DNA of 64,000 nucleotides from Nitrospirales bacterium (GTDB lineage Bacteria; Nitrospirota; Nitrospiria; Nitrospirales; UBA8639), in the NCBI GenBank assembly GCA_965223295.1, contig CBDCWC010000003.1:160001-224000 (forward strand). Reading direction: 5' to 3'. The notes under the pieces were generated by a model that did no database searches, had not been told where the DNA came from, and saw only the letters and a program-made list of their open reading frames with translations. Position 1 is the stretch's first letter. Each line of letters opens with the position of its first letter. Position numbers and translations under genes: made by a program. Below, in pieces: positions 1 through 9,513 of this stretch.

Positions 1-225
1 CCGGTGAATATCTGCATCAGAAACAACGTGAATACCTAACGCCCGCAATATGCTGTGAATGTCATCATCCTTGGCCTGATGCCGCTGTTCCCTTCCATCC
101 ACATAATCACATTCCACACCAACGGCCTCTGCTAGTCGGCGCAAATCATTATCTGAAGAAATCATCTGGCAATTCTGAGCAGATTCAGAATGACTCGTCT
201 TTCTTTCTGCGACTTCAACCATCAT
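1..225 (-). CDS. malQ: 4-alpha-glucanotransferase (amylomaltase), N-terminal part; runs off the window
   Basis: Manual translation MMVEVAERK...DLRRLAEAVGVECDYVDGREQRHQAKDDDIHSILRALGI resembles the LxxLAxxxGIxxxYxD...LxALG N-terminus of long MalQ proteins; glycogen cluster context. Confidence 0.65.
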   Translation of the reverse strand, partial: MMVEVAERKTSHSESAQNCQMISSDNDLRRLAEAVGVECDYVDGREQRHQAKDDDIHSILRALGIHVVSDADIHR

Positions 226-634
226 AGAGTTGTGAATGAATTAGGAGAGAGGGTGGGGGATGAAATCCTACTCCTAAATTCCAGAAAAATAACAGGATTT
301 ACAAGTTTTACACTCTTTTGAGATACCATAAATAGGACGTTAGGGCAAGAAAAAACCCTTACACAGTTACCAGAGTATTATTTCAAGCTTCACAAGGAAC
401 TTAATCACCATGGCGGACAAGAAAACTGACCAAGATGTAGATACTCTTACGCCTCAGAAACATCATTCTGGCTGCCATAGCAAACCGACATATTCTACTA
501 GTCCCAATTGGTCATTGGTAAAAATGTGTCATTCGTTTTACAATAACCTAGAAGAAAACATTGCAACCCAAACTTCACGGAACACCAACATCCACGAAAA
601 TTCTGGCAAATCACTTTAACAACAAGGAGGCATT

Positions 635-871
635 ATGGATTCAGATACACGAGTCATCCTTTGCGGAGGGTTAGCACTAGTCACCGGCATTTTATTAGGA
701 ACAGGGCTAGGCCTCTTAATGGCCCCACAAACGGGCCGACGAACACGCAGACAAATTAAAAACTACATCCACGACACGACCGACCGTATGAACGACATGG
801 CGGGAGAAACCAAAGACCGAATGTCCGAATTCATGGACAAAGGCAAACGCTTCGTCGAAGACCGGATTTAA
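635..871 (+). CDS. YtxH-domain small membrane protein
   Basis: GILLGTGLGLLMAPQTGRRTRRQI motif; AAGGAGG RBS. Confidence 0.85.
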   Translation: MDSDTRVILCGGLALVTGILLGTGLGLLMAPQTGRRTRRQIKNYIHDTTDRMNDMAGETKDRMSEFMDKGKRFVEDRI

Positions 872-901
872 CACAGAATAGGATGCTTATATCTTAACAG
901 C

Positions 902-936
902 AGCGCCATCGCTACAAATGTAGTATGGCGCTCTTT
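902..936 (+). terminator. Putative intrinsic terminator after the YtxH gene
   Basis: Hairpin agcgccat..ctac-aaat-gtag.atggcgct followed by cttt. Confidence 0.5.
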
Positions 937-939
937 ATC

Positions 940-979
940 AGGGGTCAGACTCGAATTAATTAATTCGAGTCTGACCCCT
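940..979. repeat. Perfect 40-bp palindrome (REP-like), copy 1
   Basis: aggggtcagactcgaattaa|ttaattcgagtctgacccct. Confidence 0.9.
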
Positions 980-1005
980 AAATTAAAAAGTTATTCATGC
1001 GCGCG

Positions 1006-3129
1006 TTAAGCACGCAGGCGCATGAGGGCCATGGCGCGGCCTTCGACTTCATAGATCTTCCCGCCTCGCCAGGTTTTTGGAATATTCTTATCATTAGTCG
1101 TCGCCGTATCAAAGACCCATTCCCACGCGACACCCTTTTTATGAGCAGGCAAGGTAAACGTCACAGGCTCATGATAGGCATTAAGTAATAATAAAAACGA
1201 ATCATCAATAATCGGATTCCCGAGTTCATCCATTTCTTCAATGGCGTCACCAGCCAATCGAATCCCTAACGTTAACAGACCTTTGTCCCAATCTTCTTCG
1301 GTCATTTCTTTGCCATCGCTGCCAAACCAGGCTATATCTTTGACTTCAGAATCTTTAATCTGTTTGCCTTGAAAAAATCGCCGCCGATGAAACACGGGAT
1401 GTTCCTTTTTTATAGCAATCAGCTGTTTCACAAATTCCAAAAGTTCAAGTTGCGTCTTCGTCAGATTCCAATCAAACCAGCTAATATCATTATCTTGGCA
1501 ATAGGCGTTATTGTTGCCTCCCTGTGTGCGCCCAATCTCATCTCCCCCACAAATCATGGGCACGCCTTGAGATAACAATAAGGTTGCGAAAAAATTCCGC
1601 TTTTGACGATCCCGCAATTGCTGGATGGCAGGATCGTCTGTTGGCCCTTCCGCCCCGCAATTCCAACTATCATTGTCATCTGTGCCATCCCGGTTGCCTT
1701 CTTGATTCGCGTCATTATGCTTCTGGTCATAGGACACTAAATCCGTGAGGGTAAATCCATCATGCGCGGTCACAAAGTTAATACTGGCATAGGGTTGCCG
1801 CCCACTTCGGCCATAGAGATCACTACTCCCGGCCAACCGCGAAGCAAACTCCCCGAGCAACCCGCTGCCGCCTTTCCAAAATCCTCGAACCACATCCCGG
1901 TATTTTCCGTTCCATTCGGCCCACCCCGGCGGAAAATTCCCGACTTGATAGCCCCCCTCGCCTAAATCCCAGGGTTCAGCAATAAGTTTCACTTGAGACA
2001 AAATTGGGTCTTGATGAATAATATCGAAAAAAGCACTCAGCCGATCCACATCATGAAGCTCACGCGCTAATGTCGAAGCCAAGTCGAAACGAAACCCATC
2101 GACGTGCATATCACAAACCCAATAGCGCAAACTATCCATAATCATCTGCAAGGTTCTGGGATGTCTCACATTAAGCGTATTGCCGCATCCTGTGTAATCC
2201 ATGTAGTAGCGGGGATCATCTGGCGACAACCGGTAATAGGCCGCATTATCAATGCCCCTAAAAGACAGGGTAGGGCCGAGATGATTCCCTTCGCCCGTAT
2301 GGTTATACACCACATCTAAGATCACTTCGATGCCCGCGCTATGCAGTGTTTTGACCATTGTCTTAAACTCATATACTTTCCGGCCTTCCCGCGGAAAGGC
2401 TGAGTATCGAATATCGGGTGCAAAGTACCCGATGGAGTTATATCCCCAATAATTGTTGAGCCCCTTTTCTACGAGGAATTGATCATTTACAAAATGGTGT
2501 ACGGGTAGGAGCTCGACCGCCGTCACACCTAGTGATTGCAAATGGGCAATCATTGGAGGAGAAGCCAATCCTTCATAGGTCCCTCGAAGGCGTTCAGGCA
2601 CATCGGGATGATTCATCGTAAAGCCTCTGACATGCACTTCATAAATCACCGTCTGCGCCCATGGGATTTGTAGCAACCGGTCATTCCCCCAAGAAAAAGA
2701 CTGATCAACAACCATACACTTAGGCACATTGCCCGCATTGTTCCGTTCATCTATGGATAAATCCGCGTCGGATTGTCCTATTTGATAGCCAAACATGGCA
2801 TCCGACCATTTCACCGTGCCCGTAATCGCTTTGGCATAAGGATCAATGAGGAGCTTGTATGGATTAAAACGATGCCCAGCGGATGGATCATACGGGCCAT
2901 GCACGCGATAGCCATATAAATGTCCCGGCCTGACTTCCGGAAGATAGACATGCCACACCAAATCCGTACATTCTTCCATGGGTAAACGAACGGTCTCCCG
3001 CTGTTGATGTTCGGAATCAAACAAACAGAGGTCTACACCTGTGGCGTTTTCCGAGAACAACGCAAAATTCACGCCTTCACCATCCCACGTTGCCCCCAAA
3101 GGATACGGACGTCCCGGCCGTTGTCTCAT
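1006..3129 (-). CDS. glgX: Glycogen debranching enzyme (GH13)
   Basis: [48 protein letters not shown]; start moved to ATG 3129 behind a GAAGGAG RBS. Confidence 0.96.
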   Translation of the reverse strand: MRQRPGRPYPLGATWDGEGVNFALFSENATGVDLCLFDSEHQQRETVRLPMEECTDLVWHVYLPEVRPGHLYGYRVHGPYDPSAGHRFNPYKLLIDPYAKAITGTVKWSDAMFGYQIGQSDADLSIDERNNAGNVPKCMVVDQSFSWGNDRLLQIPWAQTVIYEVHVRGFTMNHPDVPERLRGTYEGLASPPMIAHLQSLGVTAVELLPVHHFVNDQFLVEKGLNNYWGYNSIGYFAPDIRYSAFPREGRKVYEFKTMVKTLHSAGIEVILDVVYNHTGEGNHLGPTLSFRGIDNAAYYRLSPDDPRYYMDYTGCGNTLNVRHPRTLQMIMDSLRYWVCDMHVDGFRFDLASTLARELHDVDRLSAFFDIIHQDPILSQVKLIAEPWDLGEGGYQVGNFPPGWAEWNGKYRDVVRGFWKGGSGLLGEFASRLAGSSDLYGRSGRQPYASINFVTAHDGFTLTDLVSYDQKHNDANQEGNRDGTDDNDSWNCGAEGPTDDPAIQQLRDRQKRNFFATLLLSQGVPMICGGDEIGRTQGGNNNAYCQDNDISWFDWNLTKTQLELLEFVKQLIAIKKEHPVFHRRRFFQGKQIKDSEVKDIAWFGSDGKEMTEEDWDKGLLTLGIRLAGDAIEEMDELGNPIIDDSFLLLLNAYHEPVTFTLPAHKKGVAWEWVFDTATTNDKNIPKTWRGGKIYEVEGRAMALMRLRA

Positions 3130-3317
3130 CGCGATTGCTCCTTCACCATTCAAACGCCACAGGGCACTCACTTCACCATTCCGTGCCCATCAAACTTCAA
3201 GCCTACCCTGCATTGTTACGGTAACAGGCTCTCCCGATACAAGAAAGACCTAAAACAATTCTCTGCTCAATATTTTTCGCATGCCCACCGTGACGTACAA
3301 GAAAAGCATGCTAGAAT

Positions 3318-3507
3318 GGGGCTGTTGAAAAAAGCCACCAGCGGCGTTCTCGCCATTTTTCCGTGCTCACGTAATACTAGTACGCTCCGCGCGCAGAATT
3401 GGCTGCGGCCTTGCTGGACGGACTTTTTTGAACCGCTCCAAAGCTTTTGGTATCCGATATAATCCTGAGCAAATTTGCCTCTGACGTTTTGTATTATTCA
3501 ACACTCC
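3318..3507 (+). mobile_element. MITE-like intergenic element, copy 1
   Basis: Ends ggggctgttgaaaaa / ttattcaacactcc; core cagcggcgttctcgccatttttccgtgctcacgta..tacgctccgcgcgc..gcggccttgctggacggac shared with other copies. Confidence 0.8.
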
Positions 3508-3562
3508 AACAATAATTCTTCCACGTTAACGAAAAATCTCTCTAAAACATTCTTTGAAAGTC

Positions 3563-5458
3563 ATGCCACGTCGAACCACTCCACCTCTCTCGTCTTCCCC
3601 ACGCAACCCACCGCTCGGGGCCGTCGTCACCGGCCCGTCACAGGTCACCTTCCGAGCCTGGGCTCCGTGGGTGAAAACACTTTCGGTAAAAATTTTGGGC
3701 CATCAACCGGAAGTCGTGACGATGCAGCCTCAACCTTACGGGTATTGTGAGACAACTGTAGCCAACATTGGCGCAGGGACTCGCTACCAATATCTTCTCC
3801 ATGAAAAACTTACCCGACCAGACCCAGCCTCTCGCTTTCAACCTGAAGGGGTACATGGCCCCTCAGAGGTTGTCGATCCTTCGGCTTTTCCCTGGACCGA
3901 CCACGCATGGAAAGGGCTGCCGCTCTCGGACTACATCATCTATGAACTCCATCCTGGCACCTTCACCAAATCCGGGACCTTTGACGGCATCATTCCCCTC
4001 TTACCTTATTTACGCGATACCGTCGGTATCACCGCGATTGAACTCATGCCCATTGCCCAATTTCCAGGATCCAGGAATTGGGGCTATGACGGCACCTATC
4101 TGTTCGCTCCGCAAAATAGTTATGGCGGGCCACAAGAACTCCATCGCCTGATCAACGCCTGCCATTCGGCAGGACTCGCGGTAGTCTTGGATGTGGTCTA
4201 TAACCATCTCGGGCCCGAAGGCAACTACTGGGGAGACTTTGGCCCCTTTTTCACAGATCACTATCGTACTCCATGGGGTAGCGCCATCAACTACGATGGG
4301 CCGCATAGTGACGCTGTGCGAGATTTTATCATTTCCAATGCCGTGTATTGGACACGCGACTTCCATATTGATGCCCTTCGACTGGATGCCATCCATGGCA
4401 TCTACGATGCCAGTGCCTCGCATATCCTGAAAGACCTAACCAGCGCCGTTCATGCCGCGGCCAAACAAGAAGACCGATCCGTATGGGTTATCGCCGAAAG
4501 TGATTGGAACGACAGCAAACTCATCACGCCCCCATCAAAAAGTGGCCTTGGCCTAGATGCTCAATGGAACGACGACTTCCACCATGCGCTCCATGCAGCA
4601 ATGACCGGCGAGCGAAACGGCTACTATCAGGATTTTGGCTCACTCGATCATGTGGCCACGGCCTTTCGGAAACATTTTGTGATCTCTGGACACTACTCTC
4701 ATCATCGGCACCGCCGTCATGGCAATTCTGCGGCACACCTGTCGCCTGAAAAATTTGTCGTGTTTACACAAAACCATGACCAAATCGGCAACCGTGCGCA
4801 GGGGGACCGGCTTTCAACGCTCATCCCAATGGCCGCGCAACAAGTGGCCATCGCATCGGTGCTGCTTTCTCCGTTTATCCCACTTCTGTTCATGGGCGAA
4901 GAATATGGAGAACAGGCTCCGTTTCAGTATTTTATTGACCATGGCGATCTGGGTTTAATAGAAGCCGTCCGGAAAGGCCGGTTAGCCGAATTCAAACCCT
5001 TTGGCTGGAAAAACATCCCTGATCCTTATGATGTGGCGACGTTTGATGCTTCTCGCCTCACTCCACTCGACAGCCATACTGAAACACACCAACGCATGGC
5101 AGCTTGGACCTCTAAGCTTATCGCCTTACGAAAACAACATGCGTCGTTAGACACCGGAGTCAAAGGCCATCAGCTCCGCGTCTGGGTCAATCCGTCCAAA
5201 ACCATCCTTACCCTCTACCGAAAAAACCCCGAAGCCGAAGCCATGCTGCTCATCCTGGGATTCAACGACCAGCCCACTTTACTCACACTTTCCCAACCCA
5301 AAGGCCAATGGTCTCTCTTGTTAGACAACAGCCACCCCGACTTTGTTGAATCCATCAAAGACCCAACAACGCAAGCTCTAAAAGAAATAGATCTGACCTC
5401 GGGCAAACAAGCCTTCACCCTTCCCTCTTTCTCTGCCTGGATCTACACACAAGCCTAG
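3563..5458 (+). CDS. treZ: Malto-oligosyltrehalose trehalohydrolase
   Basis: PDPASRFQPEGVHGPS, RNWGYDG, VVYNHLGPEGNY, LRLDAIH, QNHDQIGNR. Confidence 0.95.
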   Translation: MPRRTTPPLSSSPRNPPLGAVVTGPSQVTFRAWAPWVKTLSVKILGHQPEVVTMQPQPYGYCETTVANIGAGTRYQYLLHEKLTRPDPASRFQPEGVHGPSEVVDPSAFPWTDHAWKGLPLSDYIIYELHPGTFTKSGTFDGIIPLLPYLRDTVGITAIELMPIAQFPGSRNWGYDGTYLFAPQNSYGGPQELHRLINACHSAGLAVVLDVVYNHLGPEGNYWGDFGPFFTDHYRTPWGSAINYDGPHSDAVRDFIISNAVYWTRDFHIDALRLDAIHGIYDASASHILKDLTSAVHAAAKQEDRSVWVIAESDWNDSKLITPPSKSGLGLDAQWNDDFHHALHAAMTGERNGYYQDFGSLDHVATAFRKHFVISGHYSHHRHRRHGNSAAHLSPEKFVVFTQNHDQIGNRAQGDRLSTLIPMAAQQVAIASVLLSPFIPLLFMGEEYGEQAPFQYFIDHGDLGLIEAVRKGRLAEFKPFGWKNIPDPYDVATFDASRLTPLDSHTETHQRMAAWTSKLIALRKQHASLDTGVKGHQLRVWVNPSKTILTLYRKNPEAEAMLLILGFNDQPTLLTLSQPKGQWSLLLDNSHPDFVESIKDPTTQALKEIDLTSGKQAFTLPSFSAWIYTQA

Positions 5459-5476
5459 ACTCGCTGAAGTAGATAC

Positions 5477-6020
5477 CCACGGGCTTACGCCGCGTGGCAC
5501 TTAAAGTTCAAATTCAAGTTGAAGCTGCCCTTTGTCCACTCGTTCTTGATGCTCCACGTACCGCCGGATTACGGCCTCACTCAACCCCACCGTCGAAGAG
5601 AAAAATCCCGGAGACCACAACACTGCTCCCCAGTACGTCCGCTTCAGTTCGGGATATCGAAGTCCCAGTTGTCGACTCAAATTGGCTTTCATCTTGCCCA
5701 CAATACTCGAGACTGCATATTTCGGAGGGATCACCACCACCATGTGAATATGGTTAATCTGCACACTCCATTGCTGGACCTCTACCTCAGGATGAAAAGG
5801 TTGAATCTGAGGTAATTGCTCCTGGACAAAGAGTTTGATTGCCCCCGCAAAATGCGCCGACGATACTTGGGAATCCACACCACATGATAGTGGTGCTGAT
5901 AGGCCCCATGGCCACTGAGGCGAACTTCCATGCGCCATAATCATCAAAAATCCCTCATGTGGCAAGGAGCCCCCCGCTTCCAGCGGGGAGCGCTTTCACC
6001 CACAGGCTCACGCCGCGTGG
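5477..6020 (-). mobile_element. IS200/IS605-family element (tnpA only)
   Basis: tnpA flanked by near-identical hairpins ccacgggcttacgccgcgtgg (5477-5497) and ccacaggctcacgccgcgtgg (6000-6020), plus ccccgcttccagcgggg near 5972. Confidence 0.8.
5501..5931 (-). pseudogene. tnpA: IS200-type Y1 transposase with a 1-nt frameshift
   Basis: MEVRLSGHGAYQHHYHVVWIPKYRRRILRG then a shift at the G5 run (5842-5846) into AIKLF...HIHMVVVIPPKY...WSPGFF...YVEHQ (HUH and Y1 motifs). Confidence 0.85.
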
Positions 6021-6035
6021 TCCTCCGCGCTAACT

Positions 6036-6236
6036 TTGATAGCGGGACGGAAACTGGACCAGCTTGACTCAGTCATTGCCATGAAGGAACGACGCATTCC
6101 TTTAGGAAATCGCCTAGAAGCATTAACTGGCACTCGAAGAAATCAACACTGCATTCGAATCAACCAACAATATCGTATTTGTTTTGTTTGGACGAATGCT
6201 GGACCAGAACAGGCTAAAATAGTTGACTATCATTAA
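6036..6236 (+). pseudogene. higB: HigB (RelE-like) toxin, 5'-truncated
   Basis: RKLDQLDS...GNRLEALTG...IRINQQYRICFVW...IVDYH; the usual ~30 N-terminal residues are missing at the IS end. Confidence 0.8.
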
Positions 6237-6251
6237 TGTCCACCCCAGGAG

Positions 6252-6569
6252 TTGGTCATGATACGCATTCCCACTCATCATCCTCCCACTCATCCTAGGG
6301 AAATGTTATTAGAAGAATTTCTGGAACCGATGGAATTAACTCAACGTGATTTAGCAAATGCCATTCATGTCCCTTATCAACGCATTAATGAAATCATCAA
6401 TGAACGACGAGGCATCACACCGAGTACAGCACTAAGATTAGCGAAATTTTTTGATATGTCCGCTGATTTTTGGATGAATGTCCAGTTGCGTTGGGACTTA
6501 TATCATGCTCAACATGCTGAAGAGAAAAACCTCCAGACCATCGATTCATATTCCCCCGCTGCCAGATAG
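6252..6569 (+). CDS. higA: HigA antitoxin (HTH)
   Basis: PTHPREMLLEEFLEPM..TQRDLA..RINEII..ITPSTALRLAKFF..FWMNVQ. Confidence 0.9.
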   Translation: MVMIRIPTHHPPTHPREMLLEEFLEPMELTQRDLANAIHVPYQRINEIINERRGITPSTALRLAKFFDMSADFWMNVQLRWDLYHAQHAEEKNLQTIDSYSPAAR

Positions 6570-6581
6570 CAAGCTAAGACA

Positions 6582-6843
6582 GAAACCCTTCTAACAATTT
6601 TATCGAAAAAACCTAAACGCAAAAGCTCTGCTGCTCATCCTAGAATTCAATAACCAACCTACCCCCCTCACACTTTCCCAACCGAAAGGCCAAGGGTCTC
6701 TCCTCCTAGACAACAACCGACCCGACTTTGTTGAATCCAAAAGCAACACAACCACAAATGCCCCTGTCTCACTGGACCTAAATTCGGTCAAACAAACCAT
6801 CACATTCGAGGCCTACAAAGCACTGGTCTACACACACAAGTGA
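6582..6843 (+). pseudogene. Diverged duplicate of the treZ 3' end (~80 codons)
   Basis: YRKNLNAKALLLILEFNNQPTPLTLSQPKGQGSLLLDNNRPDFVES...LVYTHK* aligns with the TreZ C-terminus YRKNPEAEAMLLILGFNDQPTLLTLSQPKGQWSLLLDNSHPDFVES...WIYTQA*. Confidence 0.9.
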
Positions 6844-6864
6844 GACATCGCCATGCTTTGACTA

Positions 6865-6904
6865 AGGGGTCAGACTCGAATTAAATAACTCGAGTCTGAC
6901 CCCT
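6865..6904. repeat. 40-bp palindrome (REP-like), copy 2
   Basis: aggggtcagactcgaattaaataactcgagtctgacccct; 2 differences from copy 1. Confidence 0.9.
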
Positions 6905-6920
6905 AATACTATTCAAACTT

Positions 6921-9131
6921 TCAAAGAGGCTTAAAGAAGATCACGCTGAGGGGGGGAAGAGTTACGAGGAGAGAGAAGGGTTGATCGTGCCAGGGTATGG
7001 GATCAGCCTGAACTTGGCCACCATTACCCATATTGCTCCCCCCATAGATTTCTGAGTCACTATTCAGCAATTCCTGATAAGACCCACCACGAGGGACACC
7101 CATGCGATATTTCTCTCGCGGAACCGGCGTGAAATTACAGGCACACACGACACAATCTGCCTGATCCTTCGAATAGCGGATATAGGTCAGAGTGGAATGA
7201 TCGCTATCGTGTAGATCAATCCATTGAAACCCTTGCCAGTCAAAATCCACTTGGTACAGCGCGGGCTCTGATTGATACAGCCGATTCAGATCAGCAACAT
7301 ATTGTTGCAAGCCGCGGTGCGGGGCATACTCCAACAAATGCCACTGCAGGCTATCATCATGATTCCACTCCCACCACTGCCCGAACTCAGCTCCCATAAA
7401 GAGCATCTTTTTCCCGGGATGGCCCCACATATGACCATAGAGCGCTCGGAGATTGGCAAATCGTTGCCAATCATCTCCTGGCATTTTATCTAAAAGCGCC
7501 TTCTTCCCATGCACAACCTCATCATGCGACAGCACGAGGACAAAATTTTCGGTAAAGGCATACATCAACCCAAACGTCACTTTGTTTTGATGATACTTTC
7601 GATGAACTGGATCCAGACTGAAGTACTCTAAGGTATCGTGCATCCACCCCATATTCCATTTATACGAAAAGCCTAAACCGCCGACATAGGTTGGCCTGGA
7701 GATTCCCGGCCATGCCGTTGATTCCTCGGCGATCATGAGAATACCCGGATGCTCTTGATGAACCATCACATTTAATTCCTTGATAAATTCCACAGCTTCT
7801 AAATTTTCATTCCCACCATGCTGGTTGGGCAACCACTCCCCATCTTTACGCGCATAGTCCAGATACAGCATGGAGGCCACGGCATCCACGCGCAGGCCAT
7901 CAATGTGATACCGGTCAAACCAGCTTAACGCACTATTAATGAGAAAATTTTTGACTTCGGTGCGGCCATAATTAAAGATGCGGCTTTTCCATTCCGGATG
8001 CCAGCCCATTCGCGGATCAGCATGGTCATACAGATGCGTGCCGTCAAAAAAGGCCAACCCATGGGGGTCATCCGGAAAATGTGCCGGCGCCCAATCCATA
8101 ATCACACCAATACCAGCTTGATGACAGGCATCCACAAAATCCATAAAGTCATCCGGTGTCCCAAATCTGCTGGTAGGCGCAAAATATCCCGTAGCTTGAT
8201 AGCCCCAAGACCCATCAAACGGATGCTCCACAATGGGCATAAGCTCAATGTGAGTAAAGCCCATTTCTTTCACATAAGGCACCAAGTCCTGGGCTAACTC
8301 CTTATAGGTCATCCACCGACTATCCTCTTCAACTACCCGTCTCCAGGAACCAAGATGCACCTCGTAGATTGAGAGCGGCTTCTGGAGTGGATCGGCATGC
8401 TTTCGCGCTTCCATCCACATTTCGTCGTTCCACTGATGCCCCGAAACATCATAGACACGCGAAGCTGTTTTGGGACGCAGCTCCGCAGCTGTGGCATAGG
8501 GATCGGCTTTGGTAAATGGCGCCCCCCCACCTTGCGGTAAAATTTCGTATTTATAGAGTTCCCCTTCTTGAATTTCAGGAATAAATAATTCCCAGATCCC
8601 AACGCTTCCACGACTCCGCATTGGATGCCGCCGCCCATCCCATTGATTCATTTCTCCTACCACGCTTACGCGTTGAGCATTAGGAGCCCACACCGCAAAA
8701 TTCACACCTTTGACACCTTGATGTGTACAAGGATGCGCCCCTAATTTCTCATAGGCTTGATACAGTTTCCCTTCCCCAAACAGATGCAAATCAAATTCTG
8801 ATAAGACTGGGGTAAAGGCATAGGGATCATGCTGCTGAACAATATTGCCTTGGATCGTGGTGATTCGAAATTGATAGGAAGGATCTAATGTGGGTCCCGG
8901 AAAGACTGCTTCAAACAGTCCATCCGAGGCCACTAACGTCATGGGCAATGGCTTCGACGATTCTGAAGAGGGAAGACACGCCACTTTGGCCGCGTCGGGA
9001 AGAAACGCACGAATCCGAATATGCTCGGAATCCCCTTGGCGTTCTGGATGGGGGCCCAGCACAGAAAAAGGATCCCATTCCTGGGCTGTCAGGACTCGTT
9101 GAAGCTGTTCAGGGGTCACAGGCATTGCCAA
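6921..9131 (-). CDS. glgB: 1,4-alpha-glucan branching enzyme
   Basis: FAVWAPNA, YEVHLGSW, SWGYQ, DGLRVDAVASM, AEEST, SHDEVVHGK. Confidence 0.97.
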   Translation of the reverse strand: MAMPVTPEQLQRVLTAQEWDPFSVLGPHPERQGDSEHIRIRAFLPDAAKVACLPSSESSKPLPMTLVASDGLFEAVFPGPTLDPSYQFRITTIQGNIVQQHDPYAFTPVLSEFDLHLFGEGKLYQAYEKLGAHPCTHQGVKGVNFAVWAPNAQRVSVVGEMNQWDGRRHPMRSRGSVGIWELFIPEIQEGELYKYEILPQGGGAPFTKADPYATAAELRPKTASRVYDVSGHQWNDEMWMEARKHADPLQKPLSIYEVHLGSWRRVVEEDSRWMTYKELAQDLVPYVKEMGFTHIELMPIVEHPFDGSWGYQATGYFAPTSRFGTPDDFMDFVDACHQAGIGVIMDWAPAHFPDDPHGLAFFDGTHLYDHADPRMGWHPEWKSRIFNYGRTEVKNFLINSALSWFDRYHIDGLRVDAVASMLYLDYARKDGEWLPNQHGGNENLEAVEFIKELNVMVHQEHPGILMIAEESTAWPGISRPTYVGGLGFSYKWNMGWMHDTLEYFSLDPVHRKYHQNKVTFGLMYAFTENFVLVLSHDEVVHGKKALLDKMPGDDWQRFANLRALYGHMWGHPGKKMLFMGAEFGQWWEWNHDDSLQWHLLEYAPHRGLQQYVADLNRLYQSEPALYQVDFDWQGFQWIDLHDSDHSTLTYIRYSKDQADCVVCACNFTPVPREKYRMGVPRGGSYQELLNSDSEIYGGSNMGNGGQVQADPIPWHDQPFSLLVTLPPLSVIFFKPL

Positions 9132-9180
9132 CCGTAATCTTCTATGTTAACTAGAAAGAGTCTAACAAATTTGCCAGCTT

Positions 9181-9513
9181 ATGTATTCTGTACTTATCAC
9201 ATTTCTACTCGTCTTATTTTTTGCCGTTGCCTTTTCTTTGCAAAATTCAGAACCCATTATCCTGAATTTTTTTTCCTGGACCTTTCAAGGGTCTCTCGTC
9301 GTGGTGCTGCTCACAGCATTGGCCTGTGGAGTGTTGCTGAGTATGGTGGCGTCCGTACCCTCGTTTATCAAGAAAAGCCGCCTGATTACCAAACAACAAA
9401 AAACCATCACGGAATTGGAACAGAAACTGGCTCAACAAACTGCCGACCCAGAACCAGAAGCTGTGATCGTGCCTCTCCCTGAGTATGAAAAAAGCCCAAC
9501 CCAAACGCCGTAA
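9181..9513 (+). CDS. LapA/DUF1049-like small membrane protein
   Basis: Two hydrophobic helices, FSLQNSEPIILNFFSW, C-terminal coiled coil. Confidence 0.75.
   Translation: MYSVLITFLLVLFFAVAFSLQNSEPIILNFFSWTFQGSLVVVLLTALACGVLLSMVASVPSFIKKSRLITKQQKTITELEQKLAQQTADPEPEAVIVPLPEYEKSPTQTP

Noticed and set aside
410-619. 69-aa ORF upstream of the YtxH gene
   Set aside because: No recognisable features; likely promoter region between divergent genes
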